Origin: Lama glama
Lineage: Eukaryota
Assembly: GCA_028534125.1 (NCBI GenBank)
Contig: CM052851.1
Location: 2,542,001-2,606,000 of the forward strand
Direction: 5' to 3'
Length of the DNA stretch: 64,000 nucleotides
In this document: positions 11,813 through 23,928 of the stretch, one piece after another
Layout: each line of letters begins with the position of its first letter
Position numbering within the stretch: the first letter of the stretch is position 1
The notes under the pieces: model-generated
The model's input: only the letters and a program-made list of their open reading frames with translations
The model's database searches: none
What the model was told of the DNA's origin: nothing
Made by a program: the position numbers and the translations under genes

Positions 11813-14199
11813 ACTTTTTAAAAAAAGAATATAAATATAAAGGGGAAATCCGAGAACCATCCGGGCCTGACTCTCAGGGGTTTGTTGCATAAGATTGGAC
11901 GTGCTCACTCCACAGACACTCTGTGATGTGGAGCAAGATGACCCAGAGTGCTCGGAGGGACGGTGGGTAAATGCGTCAAAGGGCAGCAGGCAGGACCAAG
12001 CCCACCTCCTCCGCTTGTCCCAGTGGGTCTGAATCCTAGGGAGTGGGCACGTCTGTGCCTCATTGGAAGACACGCAGAGCATTTTAAACCACATTCTTCT
12101 GGGGGACGTGGCTCCAGTGGGCTAGCCTCGGAGTCTGAGGAGAGAGACCGTCACCCCCCTAAGGTGGAAAGATGTGTGACAGTTTCAAGTAGAAACAGAG
12201 CAGCCCGGTGGTAACTGAACAGCTGGAGTTCTGTGGCAGGGAGCGAGTGCTCTGCTGACCCCATTAGGAAAGTGGGGCACTTGCTGGATTTTTTTAAGCG
12301 GAGTATTAATGAGCTGAACTGATACCGTGGAGGACGGGTCAGCCAGGACAATGGTGCTGGAGGTTCTTTCTGTCCCAAGATGCGGAGGAAGGCCAGCCGT
12401 GCTGGGTGTGCAGTAGACACTGGAAGGCTCAGGGTTCCTTCCCCAGTCCAGGCAAAAGGGTGCAAAGACTTCGGGGTCCCTCCCAAGGAAGGCTGAAGGG
12501 TCTTTGGGGGAAGGATTCGCTGAGGCTGAATCTCCCAGCCGAGGAGGAAGACGATGATACAGACATTCATCCAAAGAGATGGCGTTCAGGGATCTGAAGG
12601 CTAACCAGGGAAACGTGTGAACTCCCCTGGTTCCCAGGCCAGGGCCTGAAGGATGATCGATGCTCAGGGGAACGTGGCAGGGAGGGACATTGCCATCTCT
12701 TGGGCCTCTGGGCAGCAGGAGCCCTGCTGACCCCTGAGCCTCATGGCGAAGCTTCCTTCAGCTTTGGGACAGGGTTTGGCTTCTCTGGGCTTGAAATGAG
12801 CCCTTGGCTGCCAGGAGGTGCCTTTGAATCCTGGGCTTTGCTCACCAATGCGTGCAGAGGCGTCCACACACACCTGAGAGCCCTGGGGGTGCAGGGCTGC
12901 AGACCCCTCCCCACCTCCCACCTCTTCAGCTGAAGGGGCCTTGGAAAGACTGTGTGCAAAGGACGGCACCAGAGCCCCACCTCCAGGCTCAGAGAGGTCA
13001 TGCAGCCTGTCCGCGGTTGCACAGCTAAAGGCCAGCACCCATCAGACAGGGACTGGTGGACGGCAGGCCCTGCAGTGACCGCCGTGGCTCACCTTTGACC
13101 ACCTGGGCATTGCCCACGGTGTCTCTGAAAGGCCTGGGAGCTGCCCCGGGCTGCCTCGAAGGGGAAGGGGCTTCGTCCCCCAGGATGGCTGCTACCCAGC
13201 TTGTGTGTTGGCCCCAAGTCCAGCAAAGGCAAAGCTATCTTCTGATTTTGAAAAAAGGAATGAGTATTTAAGTATTTCCAGACATCACAAGATGTTGGTT
13301 GTGTCCAGGTGCTTTGTGAGTCCCCGAGGGCTACACCAGCAGCGGTGGCCCTGGCAGGCAGCGGGATCCCCCCGTCAGAGAGACAAACCAGGCCCTACCT
13401 GTCCTGCAGGAGCCCCGCATGAATGGGTGGGGGGCACGCGGACAGTGGGGTGACGGCGCCCCGCCAGGAAAAGGGCTGTGATTGCAGGAGGACCAGGCGA
13501 GACAGCGGTGGGGGGTCCCCGCGGGCTGGGGGATGCTGTAGGGTGGGGTGGGCTCCAGGGACAGCGCTCTGCACGGGCAGGTGTGTCGGCTGCACACCTC
13601 GGACTACGTAGGAGAGAGCACCAAGAAACAGGCAGGTCCTCGTCATGCAGGAGCTGTCTTGCCACATGAGTGAGGACAGGCGGAGGGGCCAGCGACATGA
13701 CGGCGCTGGTGCAAGCCCCCAGGTCAGAGTGAGGGGCTACAGCTTTGCCGCCGGGGCTCGTGTTAGGGGAACGGCCCTCAGGGCCCTCACTCTGCTCACC
13801 CTGGAGGGCTCCCAGGAGGCGGCCGCCACCCACACCTCTTCGCTTCACTGCCCGAGGCTGCTGCCCACTGGCCTGTTCTCTCCAGTCTGTGGTTCCCTCC
13901 TTCCTGCCCTCCTGCCCTGCTGGTTGGGCTCTCCCTGGATTTGGGGTTTTCCCGATGGTGGCGCCTGATTGAAGTATGCTGCCAATTCGGCCGTGGAAGA
14001 AATTCATTTGAAGGTGAAATCAGTCACTGAGGCTCAGTCAGTTCCCAAAAGACAAACCTGTGTTAGGACCCGCTGACGAGGCACTGAACCGAGGCGGGAC
14101 CCACGCGGTGCTCATTCGGTGCTTTGCAGTGCTGTCGAGAGCACTTTATTTTCCGGGCATCCTCACACCTGGACCAGTTTCAATCCACTGACATCTCTG

Positions 14200-14345
14200 C
14201 ATCTCTCTTCTTCTAAGGGCGCTAATCCCATTCTGGGGGCCCCACTCTCATGACCTAATCACCTCCCAGAGGTCCCAGTTCCTATTCCCATCTCACTGGG
14301 GGTCAGGGCTTCAGCATATGAATTTGGGGGAAAACAAACATTCCG
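14200..14345 (-). mobile_element. MLT1A/MST-like LTR fragment
   Basis: CTAATCCCATT…CTCATGACCTAATCACCTCCCA…CATATGAATTTGGGGG. Confidence 0.75.
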
Positions 14346-17300
14346 CACATGGTCATACTCGGACCATCTCAGGGGCTGCCTTTCAGCAGAGCGTCCTCTG
14401 GCTGCAGCAGTTCTCCCTGTGTGGTCCTGGTGCCCGCAGTCCAGTCCCACGTGCCCAGGCCCGGAAGGCTTCCGGAGGAGGTGTCTGTGCCTGACCTCGG
14501 GGGCTGAGGGCAAGTCTGTGGGGCGGCTGGGCGGAGAGGGCACTGGTGACGTATCTTGGCACCCAGAGCCTCCGTTTCGCCTGGGTGAAGGCCAGGTATC
14601 CTCGGTCACCGGGCTCTCAGGGGGCCCCCAGGGGGCTCTCCCTTCCCCACTCCGCCCGGTCAGAGCATTTGCCCGGCGCGCAGTGTCTGTGGGGGACTCC
14701 ATGGCAAAGGCAGGGAGGCAGAGGAGAGTCTGCGATGCTTCCGGAATGCACCTTGGAGATCCTCACTTTCTGGGGGTCAGGCCCGGTCCCACCCCCCAAA
14801 GCCACCCCCCCCCACCTCGACCTCGGTCTTAGCCCTAAAGCACTGTGTCTGGGCAGAGCGCAGCCCCTGCCAGATCCCCGACCCCGGCTGCCGTCACCTC
14901 GGAGCCTGGCCACCCTGGGGGGGGACCTCCACCCTGGCAGGTGCAGAAACTCTGTTTTCGGCACCCCTTTCCCGATTATCCAGGGGCCTCAATGAATCCT
15001 CCTGGAGCAGAGCTTCCCTCAGTGGCCCCAGCTGATGGGACCATTACAAACGCTGCCGACACCTACAGCTTTGTTCAAAGATAACCCCGCATTGTTGCTG
15101 AGACGCTTTTTTATATCTTCTGTTATTTATAAAAGTATGATTCATTTAACAATGAGTGTGAGATGGAGAGACGTTGCCTACAAATATTTAAATTGCAGTC
15201 ATCTGCAGCTACGCGGAAAGGAAGGAAGGGCTGCTCTTCTGGTCAGGTGGGAAGAGAGCAGGAAGGACCTGGGTCTCAGCCCACAGCCACCCGGGACCCC
15301 CTGCCTCCTTGCTCCCTGCTTGGCCAAGCCAGCTGAGCTCTTCGCACACCCAGTTTCCTTCCCAGCAGTTAGTTTTCACCTCCATGGGAGAAAGTGAAGG
15401 GTGTGGCTGGTGGGCCACTGAGACTCTCTGGAGTTTTGTCTCCTCCTCTCAGTTCCCCCTGGGCCTCCTGTCTGGTGAAAGGCCACAGCCGCCTCCACAA
15501 GTTTGTATTAAGGCAGAAATAGACTCCGGCCTCCCCTGCTCATCCCGCCTCGTCTCCACAGGAGGTGGGGCCTGAGTCAGTCCCCAGGCCACTTGGAAGG
15601 AGAAGGGAATCAGTCACCATCTGGGGTTTAGGGGCCTCGGAGACACTCACACCCGATCCCCAGCCCTGTCAGCTCCTCAGCCAGGGTCTCAGTGGCTTCT
15701 TGAAGAGCTCATTCTGGCTGTTGATGCCTGAAAGGAAGGTCCTGAAATGTTTTGGTGGCTCTTGGTGGGCCAAGGGGGCCAGAGCCAGGCCTGGGCGCTG
15801 AGCAGGCCCACGCCCACTGGCTCTGTTGCTTTGTTCTTCCTGAATCAGGGCCTTGGATGTGCGTCCTGTTGCCTGGAGCCCCGGCAGCAGCTGAGGCTGC
15901 AGGAATGAGCCCCAGCTCCCCCCGCCTCCCGCCCTGAGTCCTGCCCGCCTGGAGGGAGCTCTGCAGACACAGCGAGGACTCTGGCCTGACCAATGTCCAA
16001 TGCGCCTGCCTGTGGGGCCTGGGCAAGGTCGGCCCGGAGCGCTGGAGGGCAGGCCTCTCTGGAGCCCAGGGCCAGCAGCGCAGCTCAGCCTCCGCGGGGT
16101 GGGTAGGGCCCTGGGAGGGAGTTGGAGTGGAGGCAGGACAGGGCAGAGGAGTGAGGCGACTTTAGTCCAAGGGGGAGACCAACTTGGTGAGCCTGGAAAA
16201 GGGCCTTGGGACACTCAGAACAACATAGAAGCTGGACTTGCCACCTCCCGTCTGCAGGTTGATATGGGACCTGCCTGGACACTGGACTGGCCTTCAAGAA
16301 GCTTGAAGTCCCTTGGAACTGGGAAATGCCATAGGGTGGCCTGCTGGCAGGGATCAGCCAGGGAGACTTCCTGGAGGAGGCGACACCCAGAGATAATAAA
16401 CGCAGATGAGATCAGGTGCATTCAGGGTGGTGTGACTGTAGACGAGATAATGTAAACACACTCTGGGGTTACAGACTTGGGGCAGAGGAGGGGCAGGGGA
16501 GTTTACTTGCTGTTCACTCACAGGGTTTTTTTTAAGCTAAACACATTTACTTAGCAGTCACTGGCAACCTGAATGTCCAGGCCTTGTTACAAGTCTTCCT
16601 GACTTGATCTTCACCTCCTACATGGCGGCGCCATTCACATCCCCGTTGGCGGGAAGAGGAAATGAGGCACAGAGAAACGTCGCGATTTTCCTGGGGCCAC
16701 AGAGCTGGGGAGTGGAGGGCACGGCTTGACCCAGAAAGTCTGCCCCCAACCCCTTTGTGCTTCAAACACGAGCTCAGGGGATCCTATAGCCAACCCTGGG
16801 GACGCGCTGGCTCATTCTCACCTTACAGATGGGGAAGCCGAGGGCCGGGGGTGCCAGCCCAGCCCACGGCCACGGCCACGAGGGCGGGAGACACAGAGCC
16901 AGCCCCTAAATCAGATGCTGGGCCCCGCCCCCGCCATCTGGCTCCTTCCCCGCCGGCCGGCGTGGCGACCACAGCGAGGGAGGGTGGGCTGGTCATGGAC
17001 ACGGAGCGGGCGGTGTTCCTAAGACCCGCCGGCTCGGCAGACTCTCCGCAGGCGTGTTTATAACACCTGGCGCGTCTTCCCCGCCAGGACTTCAGAGCGA
17101 CTTGAAATGTTCTGATGTGCGAAGAGCCTTTTTTATACGAGAAGTGAAATTATTTTCAGCCTGTTGTCAGGCAGTTGTCAAAAGACGCGGCAAATGAAGG
17201 CTTAGACAGTGAGGGTTTGGGAGGCGGGTCGGAGCAAGGGGTCCTGTGGGGCTGGGGCCGGGTAGGAGGGCGGGACCAGCTCAGGAATCATTTGTGATTT

Positions 17301-20300
17301 ATGTGTTACTTCTTACCGAGGGCCTGGCACTGGACTTAGGCGGGGTGGGGCCAAGGTGATGGCCAGAGAGCCAGGCCAGGAAGCTGACACGTTGTTCTGG
17401 GGTGGCCCTCTTCCTTCCTGGAAGCGGTCTGATTTGGGGGCCCCTGCCTAATCCTTCCTTCTGCCTTTTTGTCTTTCAAACAGCCCCCAACTCAGAAGAT
17501 GCTCACTGATCCTTTGGGGTGAGTGAGTAGGGGATGGGTGAGCAGGTGGACAGATGCATCATGTAGCAGCCTAGTCCCCCTCCCGGCCACCTGCCACTTG
17601 CCACCTGCCTCACCCCAGCCCAGCTCCAACCCAGAATTCTACCCCCCCATCTCCCCCTCATTTGAAATGAAGTCCATTTGAAATCAAACCTCGTCAGCAG
17701 GAATGTGACCAGCTTGTGATCACTTCGCATGCTCCATGAAGGACCCGTGTAGGAACAGAGGGTCTAGGAGCTGACGGAAGGAAATCTTGGCCATCTTTGG
17801 GCATCTGGGCTCTGACACCTTCACACCTACTCTCTTTGTTGGGATGAAGTCAGTGCTTTCAGTGCCTCTGCTTCCCCTTCCAAAGTAGTAGGTGGCAGGT
17901 GGGGGCGTGTTGTCTGTGTGACAGGAAAGGAGACTTGTGCACGTGGGCGCAGAGCCAGCATCCAAAGCCTGCATGTAACTGGAGAACCACTGTGCACAGG
18001 TAGTGAGCTCCCTGTTGCTGGAAGTATTCAAGGAGAGCCTGCCTGCTAGTGGCAGGGAGACTTTAAATGGGTGAGGTGGGTGGGGTCAGGAATGGCCCAC
18101 CTCCCTTCCCACCGCCACCCCAGCAGGCTTTCCGTGGGGCAGCGCCTAGTCCAGGACTGGGCACACAGTAGGTCTGCATGTGAATCTAAGCTATCGTTCC
18201 TAATCTTGGTGAATTTTTTACTCAGATTCTTGGAAGTGCTGATTAGAAAAGCTGTCTGCTTATTAGAAGAATTGCAGGTGTCTGAAAGAGGAGTCCTTCA
18301 CCTAAGGGGTGTTTCCTGAGGTTCCTCAAATCCTATTATGTCCAAAGTCAGCTCCTTTGCCCCACCGCCCCTCACACAGCCTAGGAGGGAGACCGAGATC
18401 TTCTCCGTCCTGATCACTGCTTGTCCCCTGGGCCCTCACAGCCCGGGGCCACACGTGTGATGGGTCGTGGAACTGAGGGATGGGGTGGGCTGGAGAGCTG
18501 GGCTGCCCCTCTGCCCCAGGCTGGACAGCCTGTTTCCTGGTTACAGGGTCTGCCTCAGACAGGCTCCCTTCTCGGGGGGTGGGGATGGGCAGCCGGGGCA
18601 CCGTCGTTTCCAGACTCCGCTCCTGCTTGTGAGCAGATGCACTGAGAAACAGGCACTCTGTGTGCCAGTGACGGGGCGACAGGGCTGGGAGCTGGGGGCT
18701 GTCCTGCTGGGGCCACGTGTAAATGCTGTTTGGGCATCTCTGGTTCTGCTCCCAGCACCCGGGTGAGGGCTCCGTCTGGTGTCTCCCTCCTCCTGGAATC
18801 AGCAAAGATGAGGGATTTCCACAGTGGCGCCCAGTGAAGCTGCTTCTTCCCCACGCCTTCCACCCAAGGTCAAGGGCAGGGGAGCCCACCAGGGCAGCGC
18901 ACCTCTGGCCTTTGGCGAGGTTGCCGCCCATCAACCCCGGAGCACAGGCACTCTGCTCCTCTGCCAACAGAAAGGCGGCAGCGCTAAGGCGAAGATTGGC
19001 GCAGGGACTTGGCGCAGGCTGAGGCTTGAGCTTTGGGGCGGTGGCGATCGCAGGCAGATGGAGGGAGGGCTGAGCATCACAGCGCCCCCCAACCCCCAGA
19101 GGATTCCCCGGGCTGGGGAGGTCCCTTGGGTCACCGTCCCTGTGGCATCCTGCCCTTGATGCGGTGGGCAGTCAAGCCTGTGGCCAGCACACCTCGGACA
19201 AACTGGACACCCACGTTGAAGGCCCCTGGTGAGTGTACCCGGGGACACAGCTGCAGGCTCCTCAGGTGGGGACAGCTGTGTCCTGTTGGTGACACTTTCT
19301 GCATCCAAGGGAGAAGCTTCTGGAAGCAGTTCAGCTCCGCACCCCTGTCCAAGGATGTCCAGCTCTACCAGTGCCACCTCTGTCTCCCAGGGACGTGAGC
19401 TGTGCAGAGCATGGTCGTGGGGGTCTTTGATGATAGCAAACACCAGCAGACAGACACCTCCTGGGGCAGGTCTCAGAAGTGGCCGGGGCTCCGGCACGGC
19501 GGGCGAGCGTAGCCCAGGGCGGAGTCTGAATGCAGCTCCAAGCTGTGTGATGGGGCGCCTTTGGAGTTAAAGGAGGATGAGGCTTAAATGCTCAGCGGGT
19601 ACGGGGCACCCAGTCTTCATCCTCACTCTCCTGGAGAGGCCGTTCGGCAAGGCGTCCTGCCAACCCGGGCGTCCCGTGCTGTGATGGCTGCCCTTTTTGC
19701 TGACACAGAGCGTGTCGACCACATGGATTTCAACTTACAGACTCCCGTTGCTTTTCCCTGTCTCATCCCATCTTTCTTTCTCTCTCTCTCTCGCTCTCTT
19801 TTTTTCCCCCAAATTTCGGAAGCAGTTATCTTAGCAACCGAAAAAACACACACTTAATCACAGCCCTGCAGCAGATGCGGCGGGTGGCAGAACTCGCTCC
19901 CGAGAATGCTCTGTTTAGTTCTCGGGCAGCCCTGGCTCCTGGGGTAGAAATAACCCGTTCCACCTGCCGCAGGGCTCACCTGCGTAGCCGAACTTTCTCC
20001 CTGTCGCCTCTCTCGTGCCTCCCGGACTTCTGTAAGAAATATGCAGAGTGGCTCGGAAGTCATTCATTTTTATCAGCTGCCTGGAATTAGGGCGAGCCTC
20101 TGCTGGGCTGCCACTTAATTGCTTTATCTCTCTTTTGTTTGGGAAAAAAAAAGGTGGGGGGTGGAAATCCTGTGTTCTCCAGGGTAATTACCTCCGTGGG
20201 GGGGGGAGCCGGAGAATTAACGGGCACTTGTGTCTGTGATTCTTGCCAGCGGAAATCTGGGTCGTGTTCAGAAATTTCTGAATGCTGGCTGACGGCCGCC

Positions 20301-20439
20301 CAGTTATCGAGGTCCAGCGTGAAGCTTCTCTGGAACTGGGCTGTTTTATCTCCTCGACTGGCTCATCACATCTGCTCCCGGACCAGCGGCATTAAAGAAA
20401 ACTTGGCTTTTCTCTTTAAAAATTAAAACTAGAGAAGCA

Positions 20440-20894
20440 CAGGGTGTGCCACGTAGCCCCCTGGGGCGCGTTTGAGCAGAAGTGGCCGGAGCCCTGGTGT
20501 CCTTGGCTCAGCGGGGCTCGGGCTCACCGCGCCTCCCGCGTTTCCCGGCGATGCTCGCCGACCCTCCTCCCCGGCGCACTGAACACAAAAGCAGAGCAGC
20601 GCTGCTCACATGACGGGCGCGGGGAGCGGCGGCCGCGGGCTTTGAGAGCAGCCCCGTCTGTGCACAGTCGGTTCCCAGCTGACAGGCAGACTATGGGGTG
20701 GGCCCTGGCACCAGTGTGCCGGGTCTGGCCTGCCCAGCGATGCTCCGAGGCACGCAGCGCCCAGACGCCCGCCGCTGCTGCTGCTCCCCGGGTCCAAGCC
20801 ACTCCAGCGCCCAGGGGCTGGGCAGCGCCCCTCTCCTTCCTCCCATCTGAGAAGGTTATATAATGGGCGGACGGCTGCCAAAGTCAGAGGGAAA
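20440..20894 (+). promoter_or_regulatory. SHANK2: CpG-rich intragenic promoter / 5' UTR of the ProSAP1A isoform
   Basis: CpG-dense, repeat-free sequence directly upstream of an ATG-initiated first exon; TATATAA at 20857-20863; GC box GGGCGG at 20865-20870. Confidence 0.7.
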
Positions 20895-20931
20895 ATGAAG
20901 TCTTTGTTAAATGCCTTCACCAAGAAGGAAG
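20895..20931 (+). CDS. SHANK2: SHANK2 alternative first coding exon (ProSAP1A/Shank2A N-terminus MKSLLNAFTKKE + phase-1 G); 5' end of exon not determinable
   Basis: ATG at 20895 gives MKSLLNAFTKKE, matching the recalled N-terminus of human/rat Shank2. Donor G|GTAAGG at 20932. G joins TG at 25375 to give Val (…KKE-V-PFRE…). Confidence 0.95.
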
Positions 20932-23249
20932 GTAAGGAGAAGGCTTTTGGGCGCGTGGAGCTCGGGAAGCAGCAGTTTCTTGCTGATTCTCCAGGCGGGG
21001 GAGGGGCGGGGGGACTCCGGTTCTTCTTAAAACTGCTGGCTGTTCCTTCCCTTCGTGGAAGGGAATACCGCTCCTGGTGTCTGATAGGGCTTTGTTGTAG
21101 CTGGTCTGGAATTTTAGCCCACCTGAAGGTGCCTTTCCCACCCCTCCAAGTCCCCATCCCTTGCAGAATTGTGAGATGTGCACTGTGGTGACTTGCCGGA
21201 GGGCAGGTTGGGAACTAAGTCCTATGGAGAACAATGGAAGTTTGACTCCAGTCTGGCGGCTCCCTGGAGCTCCAGGGTGTTTGCTAAGGAGTCAGGAGGG
21301 TCAGGACCCTGCCGGCTGCCCTGGCCAGGTGGACACTTTCAGAACCACCACGTGGCTTTCCTTGGCCAGCCTCTGGGCTGCAGTTTCAGGGAGCGGTTGG
21401 GAAATGCAGCGTGGCAGACTTGGAAAGTGCACCCGCTTTTTGTCATTCCCTTGTGTGATTTTCATTGTGGAGAAGGAACGTAGAAATCAATGCATGTAAG
21501 ACAGCTAAGAAAACATCCCACCCACCTGGAGTTTGCAGATTGCCTGAGAGAAGGAGACGGTTGGGTGGAATATTAATCATTTGCAGACTGGAAGAGTTAT
21601 TTCTAATTCTTTTCACACACACACAAAAAATCCCAACATTTTCCACGGATGGTTCCGGTTAGTTTGCCAGAGAGCTCTTGTTTTGTGAAATCAGAAGGTT
21701 TATGAAGACGCTCCTTTAGAGAAATTGGGAAGGTACTTCCCGGCCCAAGCCATGAAACAAACATGGAAGAAATTTCTGATTAAATTGCACAGGAAGCTAA
21801 TTTCATGTGAGTCTTGGTAATTAAGCGAGATCATTTTCATTGGAATGTTCACCCTAATGTCACCTATGTGATTCCTCTTGAGTAACTGGCTGCATCCTCA
21901 GGGCAGAATGCATTTGAAAAAGTCCCAGCTCTTTTATTTCTTCATCTTGCGTAAGTTCCTCTAGGTCTCAGAACGACCTCTTAAGCCTGGGTCTCAGGAA
22001 TTTATATAAAGCAGCCTTTGTCTGTGCTCGCGTCCTTATAGTATTAACCCACATTCACCTCCTGGGACTTCGCTGTTGGGAATCCGTGCACAGCACGGAT
22101 GTGTTAGTCGGGAGTATGGTGTCCTGTTCATTCAGCGCCAGCTCTGTTCGTCTGCAGACTTCTCTTCCTTTGCGAGCCTGTCTCAGCCACTGGCAGGACT
22201 CCCCCCACCCCACATTCCATCACTTTCTATCGGAGGGGTCAGTACCTTACCCAGTCACACTGGGCAGAAATACAGGATGGACTGTGTGCTCAGGGAAGCT
22301 GGGAGGCTCTGCATGAGCTCACACCGTGGAGCGCGGGCGTTTACGTGTCTCAGAGCGTCCCCGTCGAGCTAGGGTGTCCCCCTCCCCACGGTGAGCATGC
22401 ACCCTGGCCTCTCCTCGGGTCGGGGGTGGTGAGGGTGCCCCAGGAAGCTAAGGGGATCCCCTCCGAGCGTCTGCTCGAGGTGCTGGCTTCCTCCCCGGGC
22501 TGTGGGCCTGCAGCGGACAGTCTCCGTGAGTGGAAGGGAAGGAGCATCGCTCTCGGAGACCCGGAACCACTGTCCTCTGCGAGGTCTCCCAATCCACACT
22601 CTTCTGTCAGGCAGGGATCAGGGCAGCCCAAGGCCCCAGCCGCCACTGTGAACCTCGGTGATGAGCCCTCAGTGATCCCGGAAGTCTTTTGGCCTCTGAT
22701 GCCGACAGAGGGAGACACTGACGTGGTTCTCCCTGGTGACCGGCAAACACAAACCTGGGGCTTTTCCCCAAAAGGAGATTTTTCTGATAGGTGGGGTAAG
22801 ACCTAGGGTGATTCCCCAGGGACCGAGCCCTGGCGAAGGCAGCCTCTTGGGCCCCGGAGATGGAGGTCCGCCGAGCACGCCCCTCCCGTTCCCTGTTTTC
22901 CTCCTGGCGAGGCTGGCATGGAAGAGTCCTCGGCTCTGAGGAATTCGGAGTGGGTGCAGGTCCCAGCTGAGGGCCCCGGCTGTGGAATACTGCATCTCGC
23001 TCCCATGGGAAGGCTTCAGAGGAAGCAGACTGGCAGGAGAACGCTGTGGGAAAGAGCGTGACCTCCCGATGGGTCGCTTCCAGATTCTCAGCACTGTACG
23101 AGCCAGGGCGTGAATTACGAGTGCGCCTCCCCAGGAAGCCTCGTGCCATTTCTGAGCGGCTTCTGCGGATTGGCTGTGTCTCTGCCTGCCCAGGATTGCC
23201 CTGCATCCTGGGGGGCAGCAAAGGGTGCACTGGGTCACAGCTGTCTCGG

Positions 23250-23928
23250 TGGAGCTCTGCCAGCACCTCCTCTCTCACAGTGAGCTCTGCCAGCATCACC
23301 TCTTCCCTAGTGTGTGCTACCAACACCATCTCTCCTCAGTGAGCTCTGCCAGCACCACCTCTGTCTCCGTGAGCTCTGCCAGCACCACCTCTGTCCCCCG
23401 TGAACTCTGCCAGCACCATCACTGTCCCCCATGAGCTCTGCCAGCACCACCTCTGTCCCCCATGAGCTCTGCCAGCTTCACCTCTGTCCCCCATGAGCTC
23501 TGCCAGCATCACCTCTGTCCCTCTGAGCTCTGCCAGCACCACCTCTGTCCCCGTGAGCTCTGCCAGCACCACCACTGTCCCCCGTGAGCTCTGCCAGCAC
23601 CACCACTGTCCCCCACGAGCTCTGCCAGCACCACCTCTGTCCCCGTGAGCTCTGCCAGCATCACCTCTGTCCCCCTGAGCTCTGCCAGCACCACCTCTGT
23701 CCCCCTGAGCTCTGCCAGCACCACCTCTGTCCCTGTGAGCTCTGCCAGACTACCTCTGTCCCCGTGAGCTCTGCCAGCACCACCACTGTCCCTCATGAGC
23801 TCTGCCAGCACCACCATTGTCCCCCGTGAGCTCTGCCAGCACCACCACTGTCCCCCGTGAGCTCTGCCAGCAGCACCTCTGTCCCTGTGAGCTCCGCCAG
23901 CGCCACCTCTGTCTCCGTGAGCTCTGCC
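23250..23928. repeat. Minisatellite/VNTR, ~22 copies + partial of a 29-31 bp unit (GAGCTCTGCCAGCACCACCTCTGTCCCCCGT)
   Basis: Units start at 23252, 23282, ~23312 (degenerate), 23341, 23371, 23402 … 23889, 23919; head-to-tail with no spacers. Confidence 0.97.

Noticed and set aside
20932-21191. Read-through of the first exon as a 98-aa protein; similar extensions of ORFs 25095, 33064 and 39502
   Set aside because: SHANK2 similarity stops exactly at consensus splice sites.
23250-23928. CRISPR array, or mucin-like/Cys-His repeat protein (VSSASTTSVP / ELCQHHLCP ORFs)
   Set aside because: Units are contiguous with no unique spacers, there are no cas genes, and the context is a mammalian intron. 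Variable 29-31 bp units shift frame constantly.
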